From Bigelowiella natans CCMP2755 (Eukaryota; Protista; Cercozoa), in contig ADNK01000872.1 in the NCBI GenBank assembly GCA_000320545.1, positions 1 to 64,000 of the forward strand: 64,000 bases of DNA, written 5' to 3'. Both the position numbers and the translations under genes were made by a program. The stretch's first letter is position 1. Every line of letters begins with the position of its first letter. Positions 57,553 through 64,000 of the stretch are shown here, piece after piece. The notes under the pieces were generated by a model. The model saw nothing but the letters and a program-made list of their open reading frames with translations. It searched no databases and was not told where the DNA came from.

Positions 57553-60124
57553 ATGTTTCCAAAACTCCTGATAAACATGGAAGACGGCAAGGGAGCCTAC
57601 AGCAAGACGACGTCGAACTCTACGCACCATTCATCATCAGTGCTACGCCATGTCCTCGTTGTTGGTGGGGGCGGACTAGCCTCCGAGATTCTTCTGCATA
57701 TAGTTGGCGCCAATCCCCGGAGCATCACAATATTCGATAATTCGAAAGTGACAATCCGAGATCTTGCTTGCAACTCTCTTCTCCACCACTCAGACCTTGG
57801 TGCGAGGCGCTCGGAGGTTCTTGTAGCAAGACTTAAGGAGATATCAATTGCAAGTACATACTTTAGCGCACATGTCGGTGACCTGTGCTATGAATTCCTT
57901 CTCAATTTCGATGTTGTGATAATGGCCGGCTCATTCTCGAGGAGCGAACTAGAGCGTGTCAATTCATTCTGCCGACATCGCCGAAAGATCGATTCTCAGG
58001 GGAAAATTATGGAGAGTCCAATCAGTTTTATTGCAGCTGATACACGAGGAGTCATGGGTTATGTGATGGTCGATTTTGGAAACATCTTCCACGTTCCCTA
58101 CCCTATGGCATTTCACGAAAATTTTGAGACCGAAGTGCTTTCGATCGAGGAGGAGGAGAAGGGTAAGGATAAATTTATTTTGACAACTAAGGACAATTTC
58201 CCAGTAAATATGAAGTCGGGGGATAAAGTTCTCTTGATAAACATGCAAGAAGAAGTTCGTGGTCTAGACGGGAAGGTAGTCTCAGTTGAGCTTCTCTCAA
58301 ATAGAACGGCGCGATTCCACACGACCTCTATCAAGTTGTTATCATCTGGTTCGAAGAAAGTCTTTGGAGTTCTTCGATATCAGAAAGACCCAGTATCTTT
58401 GAAATTCAACTCTATTAGGAGAAGATGGCGGGCTGGAATTGGGTTGAAAGAGAAATCTGCTCAGGTCCAACTTGCATATCAAGCAGTCCTGGCATTTGAG
58501 CATAACACGAATAGAAAGCCAGCACGTTCACAGTATCCTGATGCCAAGAGAGTTCTGAATCTCGCAGAAAAACTGAATGATAGACAGAGACGTGTGGCAA
58601 TGGGAAGAGCCGGGGTTGGGGTTATTGATGAGAACGTAATCCAAAGCCTTTCACTTCTGTCTGGAGTGGAGATGTCTTCTATGTGCTCAATTGTAGCCGC
58701 ACTAGCAGCAGGGGCACTCATCAAATTCAAAAAAGGATTAAAACCGCCCATCTCCGACGCCTACATTCACTACATGGAGTGTCTCCCCTCAAATTTCGTG
58801 AGTAAATTTAAAGGAAGTACTAAGGGTGAAAAAGCAGGAGGAGGAGGCGACATGAAGGAATCCACAATACTTCAACCTCCTCCTCAACCAGAACAACAAA
58901 ATCCTAATGATCAAGTCAGCTTGGAAGATCATGTTGCCAGTCATCGTGAAGGGAAAAGGCCAGAGAAAAAAAAGAAGGCTGATGATGCTTCCTCTTCTCT
59001 CGATGATGATGGGAAAGTAAAGGAGGCTGAGTTTGGAGTCTTTCTAGTCGTTGCAGAAGAATCTATTCCAGTCTATTCTTTACCATCATTTGATGCTCCT
59101 AGAGCAGAGAGAGGAGGAGGAGGAGGAGGAAAAACTATAAATGCAGGTGAAATTATCGAAGCAAGCCCAGTCGCCGGCACAAGTTGGGTAAAGCATATGC
59201 AAGAGAAGAGGTACCTGCCGTCGGTAATTAATGGAAAGAAGGTTCTACTAAAGCTACAGGACATGGACAGTGCTGAGAAGCGAAGGAATCAAACGATTTG
59301 CCAGAAGGGGAGTGAGCCTTTTGGATTAGATGTGCAGCAGCAACTTGGTCAACTACGGGTCCTTGTCATCGGAAATGGAACTCCAGCGTATTGCATCTTG
59401 AAAGAGCTCTCGAGAATTGGGGTTGGAACCAACAAAGAGGGCGGAGGAGGGATAGTGGTAGCGGATTTTATGCAAGAGCATAACCTTAGGTATTGGTGGA
59501 GTCATCATTATCATCATCATCATCGTCGTCATAGTAGTACTACAAATTCTGGTGGTGGTGGTGGCGGTGGTGGCGGAGGTTGTGTTAGTAGTGGTAGTAG
59601 TAGTAGTAGTAGTTGTAGTAGTAGCAGCAGAACCAGTAGTAGTAGTCCTCCTGTTAGTAGTGCGGCTATATTCCTACAACGTGCCGTGGAGCTGCTGCCA
59701 AGTTCTGCAAATATAAAGGTACAATGTTAATAATTATAACTAGTAATTGTAATACGTTATCATCCGACGAATTCATGTGGTAAGGAGGTATTTAGATCTT
59801 GTCATCATTTATGCGTTTTTCTCTAATTCATTACCTCTTTCTTTCTCGTTCAGGTGTCATCACTTGCATGTGCGTTGGCGTCGTCGCATGGTCAATCGAG
59901 TAGTTACGATGTTGTAATCGGGGCATTTGGAGAAGTAGAAGAGATGAATCCCATGGATGAAATTACTCTGCTATGGTTATCACACGGTGTAAATCAACTT
60001 GCATCCAAACTTACAATGATGCTCAAGGTTGACCATACAGGAACATCTGCACTCATAGATCTTCGAGGAGGAGGGGGAGGAGAAGGAGGGGGAACAAGGA
60101 AGAAGGAGAAGCTCAATGATGAAG

Positions 60125-60155
<31 letters not shown>

Positions 60156-60526
60156 AGCAACAACAACAACAACAACGTCAACGTCTGTGCTGGGATCCAT
60201 GTGGAGTACGGCATATTGTCCATCCTCCCTGATGGATTGTCTTTCCTTCGCATGTGGACAGCACAATAAACTCTTCTTCTCAGGCCCAGCTGCTGCAAGA
60301 CGCTGCGTAGTGGATGGCCTTAGTACCGCACTTGGATGTGAATTATTACCTAAAAATGCTAATTATGACTACGGCAACAAGGTGAAAGATTCGAATGGGG
60401 AGGAGAAGGAGGAGGAGGGTAGAGGAGGAGGAGGAGGATCAGATAGTAAATCACACGATGATGGTGATAAAAAAGATCAAGAAGACGAGGTCAAGAAGCA
60501 GGAGAAGAAGAGTAAAGAAAAATATG

Positions 60527-60561
<35 letters not shown>

Positions 60562-62184
60562 CTGGTCGTAAGTCAGATGAAGCAATGCTTGGAGATACTA
60601 CAACGCCACAAGCGCCTGACGTCCTTCTCAGCATGTATTAAGGAAGCTGTGTCAATATCTGGACAACTGTTTATTTCAGGAGTTGTAGCGTCTAGAAAAT
60701 CTCTGTCAAAAGTATTTTTCAGTGACGTGCAGATGTTTAGCTGGAGGGCTGGTATGGCCAAAGAAGTTCATATCAATGTGGGTGATAACAATAACAATAA
60801 CAATAATACTGCCCAGAAACATCATTGTGCCGAAGGTAATAAAGAAGAAAAGAAGGAAAATACCAGTAGCAGCAGCAGCAGCATTTTTGGTAGGGTTCCT
60901 TGGTCTATAGTGATGGCTCTTGAGTTCCCAGCGACGACTTTGAGGGGGAAAGGAGCAGCAGTAGCATGGTTGATGACATTTGGTCAACAAGAGCAGGGGG
61001 GGCTCCAGTGTCTTCTAGAAAACGAGGAGTACCTTGTTATTGGATGTTGGGGTGGAGGCAAGATTCGGCATAAATTAAATGCAACGACAAAGAAGAAGAA
61101 GGGCCAAAAATATTCAATCACTTGTACTTGGGATGGCAAGTCATTCTCTCTTTATGTCAACGGCGAACATGTAGAGAGCAAGGAAGAAGGTATGGCTTTT
61201 AATTTAAGGTCATCTCTCCTCACAATCTGCACAGCTCCTAACCTGAAAGAAGCTGCATGCCGAGCAGCATGTACACAGCATGTAAGAGTTTTAAAACGAT
61301 GTCTCTCGCCATCCGAAGCAATAAAGGCCCATAGAATTGCACATATACGTTGGCCTTGCTTCTCAAGCATTACCCCTTTAGAGAAACCTAGTCCCAAGGA
61401 TGATGATGATCCCATCCTTTATGATTTTATCATGTCTACTGCGAGGCTGCTCTCTTACGTTCATCACGTCAACACACCTGGTGATAAGGAACAGTTTAAA
61501 ACTGGAGATGAAGTAAAGCAGCTTATCAAAGATATTTTAAAGGAAGAACAGGATAACTGCACTAATACTGATTCTACTCAAGAAGAAAATGATGTCGATT
61601 CTCCAGAGCTTAGCCCCATAGTATGTGCGCTAAGTAATTCTTCATTGTCCGAAGAAAACCAACAAAAAATTGAAACCCGATTAAACCAAATTTCCAAGAC
61701 TTCTAGTGATATGATAGCATCTTTGACAGACATCTTAGATGACACGAATAAGACACTTACCAGTCAGAAGAAGGTATCGTCGGCATCATTATCTTCTAGC
61801 TCAAATGCTTCGGTGAAGCTCCAAGAATGCAATGAAGAAGAAAATAGCTGCTCAGACGGCAAATCCATTCTCAAATCCCTCGATTTTTTAGATCCAGATA
61901 CGCGGGAATTGCAAGCTAGGTTTGTTGCATCTGCTGCAAATCTTCGCGCCAGGAATTTTGGCCTGGGATGTATTGAAACAGAGAAATTAATATGTTTCTT
62001 TGAGGGATTAAATGGCCCTGTTCCAGCTGCAGCAGGGGCGGCAGGTATGGCAACTATGAAACTGGTTGAGATTGCTGCCAAGATCTCTGCTAGAGATGAT
62101 GATGATTATGAAGAAGAGAAGGAGGATGATGCCATCCTTAGTCCCACTTCGTCGCTCACTCACACATTAAGCCTAGTGACATAG
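57553..62184 (+). CDS. Divergent UBA1-architecture E1-like protein, probably catalytically dead, with SH3-like and LamG-like insertions
   Basis: Two exons (to 59718; 59854-62184). Motifs VLVVGGGGLASEI, ITIFD, FIAADTRGVMGYVMVDFG, FGLDVQQQLGQLRVLVIG and FVASAANLRARNFG follow the UBA1 domain order. The start could be 57553 or 57577. Confidence 0.8.
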
Positions 62185-62189
62185 ATTGA

Positions 62190-62900
62190 AGAAAACATCC
62201 ATCTAATCAGGGACCTGGTACGGTCAACGTACGTGGAAATCCGCAAGCACAGCATGCACATGCATACTAGCATAGCATGTGAGACATCGTCTGCAGATCG
62301 CGCCATACTAGCATAAATCACACGTAAGAAATGCTACTGGCTCGGTCGCATGCATCATCATGCAATTAAAGCGCACGAGTTCTGGACTGAGCTTTGTTAA
62401 GCCGAATGAACCCGCGCGCACATGTGCACGTGCTGCGCGTGCGTACGGTCGTCTCTGCTATAGGTCAAGCCAGCTGTGGATACATCGTCATGCAAACAAT
62501 GCACATGCATCGCTAAGGCAATATCATGATAGCATGTGCTTGAAAGGCATATCATATTAGAAGCGTAAACGACACGAGTGCGCTAAATGCATCCTAGCTA
62601 GTTGCATAGAAATGACAAATCTACGCCATTGCTGATGGATCGATTGCAGCAATCGCTACGTGTTCTAGATTTGCCTACATGCATGTTGCTCTAGTGCTAG
62701 CCGGCGACTCAAGCGTGTCAAAATGCGTGTGCATACATATAGGTATCAAAATGCATAAGCAAACTAGCAAAGCACACATATTTATTTTTGTTAATTTATA
62801 TCGGCATTCGTATGATTTCATTAGTCTGCGCTATGGTAATAAGGAGCTCCAAAAACCTTCCCAGCAGCATACTAGTTTCGATCTGTTTGGTGACTGACAA
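62190..62900. other. CTAG-insertion island H (convergent intergenic gap)
   Basis: Perfect units CATA (62263), CATA (62304), TGCT (62687) and CAAA (62760). Confidence 0.85.
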
Positions 62901-62923
62901 CTATCCTTCATTGCTTCTAAGAG

Positions 62924-64000
62924 TTAGTTGCGGCTGTTGCCAATGTTCTCATCCGAAGTTCGCTGGTTGGAAGTGATCTTATCTCCAAGTGACAGAGCTA
63001 CTCCCTGTGTTTTGCTGCGAATGCGAACATACCCGGTGATCTTTTTGGATGAGGGGTTCTGCTCAACACTAAGGTTCAACAAGGCATCCTCACCGAATAT
63101 GCTGCATGCATACAAGTTTGCAGCGAGAAAACCGCACTCACGATAGTGGTCAATGTCAGGTGTGAGGCATTTCATATTCGTGATCTTGACGATGTGGTTG
63201 AGGTACTCTGTGAGATCCATAAAATCGGTGTTGACTGATACCTTGTTCTCCCACTCAAATTCAGCCCACATTGATCGAAACTCAGTGTCTGTACATGCTG
63301 CAGGATGTATGTAGTCCATAATATCCATGTGAATAGAATTGAGAACCACAATCTTTTTGTCCACTCCCTTGGAGGTAGAGTACACTATATTTCCAAATAT
63401 TACACCTGACTCGGTGGAGGATACTTTGATCGAGACGTTAATTGTTTTGGAAGCGTTTGGACCGATTGTATGCTCTTGAATACGATCAGAGATCTTGAGG
63501 TCACCAGACGTATTCAGCTCTACAGTGAGATTCTGTAGAGACTCAGATGTTTGATTGACGACTAGGATATCAAGGAGAATGTCGTAATCCAGGACGGTGA
63601 GATATGCTTCCGCATAGACGCTGTCCGCAAATCCCGTCAATTGATACACTCTTGAGAGCTTAGAGTTGATATCCAGTGTGGATGAGTCAGATCCCACAGC
63701 TTTTTTAACGTCGGCTGAATCTTGATCAACATCATAGAGCTCCTTTTCAGCCATAAGTTGCCGGATGGCAATAACATTATCCACATCCTTATGGTCCTCC
63801 ATATCATCGTTATCTTCGGTATTATTTTCAACTTTCTTGACGTGATCAAGCATGCCCTTGAAACTAGTACGGCATTTAGCAAGAAAAGCCTTCTGCACCT
63901 TCTCTGGGTATAGCAAAGCGTGTATGCACGTCAACACTCGCTGCCTGGAGTCTCTGTCAAGTTTGTTCTTCACTGGGCCATAGTTCTCCCCAATTCGTAG
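62924..64000 (-). CDS. COPB1: Coatomer subunit beta, C-terminal part (continues beyond the window)
   Basis: [77 protein letters not shown] and [17 protein letters not shown]. Confidence 0.96.
   Translation of the reverse strand, partial: LRIGENYGPVKNKLDRDSRQRVLTCIHALLYPEKVQKAFLAKCRTSFKGMLDHVKKVENNTEDNDDMEDHKDVDNVIAIRQLMAEKELYDVDQDSADVKKAVGSDSSTLDINSKLSRVYQLTGFADSVYAEAYLTVLDYDILLDILVVNQTSESLQNLTVELNTSGDLKISDRIQEHTIGPNASKTINVSIKVSSTESGVIFGNIVYSTSKGVDKKIVVLNSIHMDIMDYIHPAACTDTEFRSMWAEFEWENKVSVNTDFMDLTEYLNHIVKITNMKCLTPDIDHYRECGFLAANLYACSIFGEDALLNLSVEQNPSSKKITGYVRIRSKTQGVALSLGDKITSNQRTSDENIGNSRN

Overview
Left end of a linear chromosome from a unicellular eukaryote. It has a (CCCTAA)n telomere and short GT-AG introns; the lineage cannot be fixed from sequence alone. 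About 15 intron-containing genes follow a ~2.7-kb subtelomere: mitochondrial ATP synthase beta, an LRR protein, an MST/Hippo-like kinase, a SURP/RS protein, CDC27, NSUN5, COMMD1, AP-1 mu, a degenerate E1-like protein, beta-COP and several hypotheticals. The most striking signal is non-coding. Eight ~0.5-1.2-kb islands downstream of gene 3' ends carry about 40 copies (counted by eye) of a 4-5-bp direct repeat separated by CTAG (NNNN-CTAG-NNNN). These islands and the subtelomere also show loss of TpA to TpG/CpA, the reverse of fungal RIP. One island holds a short bacterial-type oxidoreductase gene fragment. Removing four CTAG+duplication units and one extra base restores its reading frame, and two positions where I expect Tyr read Cys (TAC to TGC). 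The units are therefore real insertions, and both processes appear to have acted on captured foreign DNA. I interpret this as an apparently undescribed, domain-restricted insertion/hypermutation system; no enzyme for it is visible in this window. Gene boundaries were read by eye and some are approximate.
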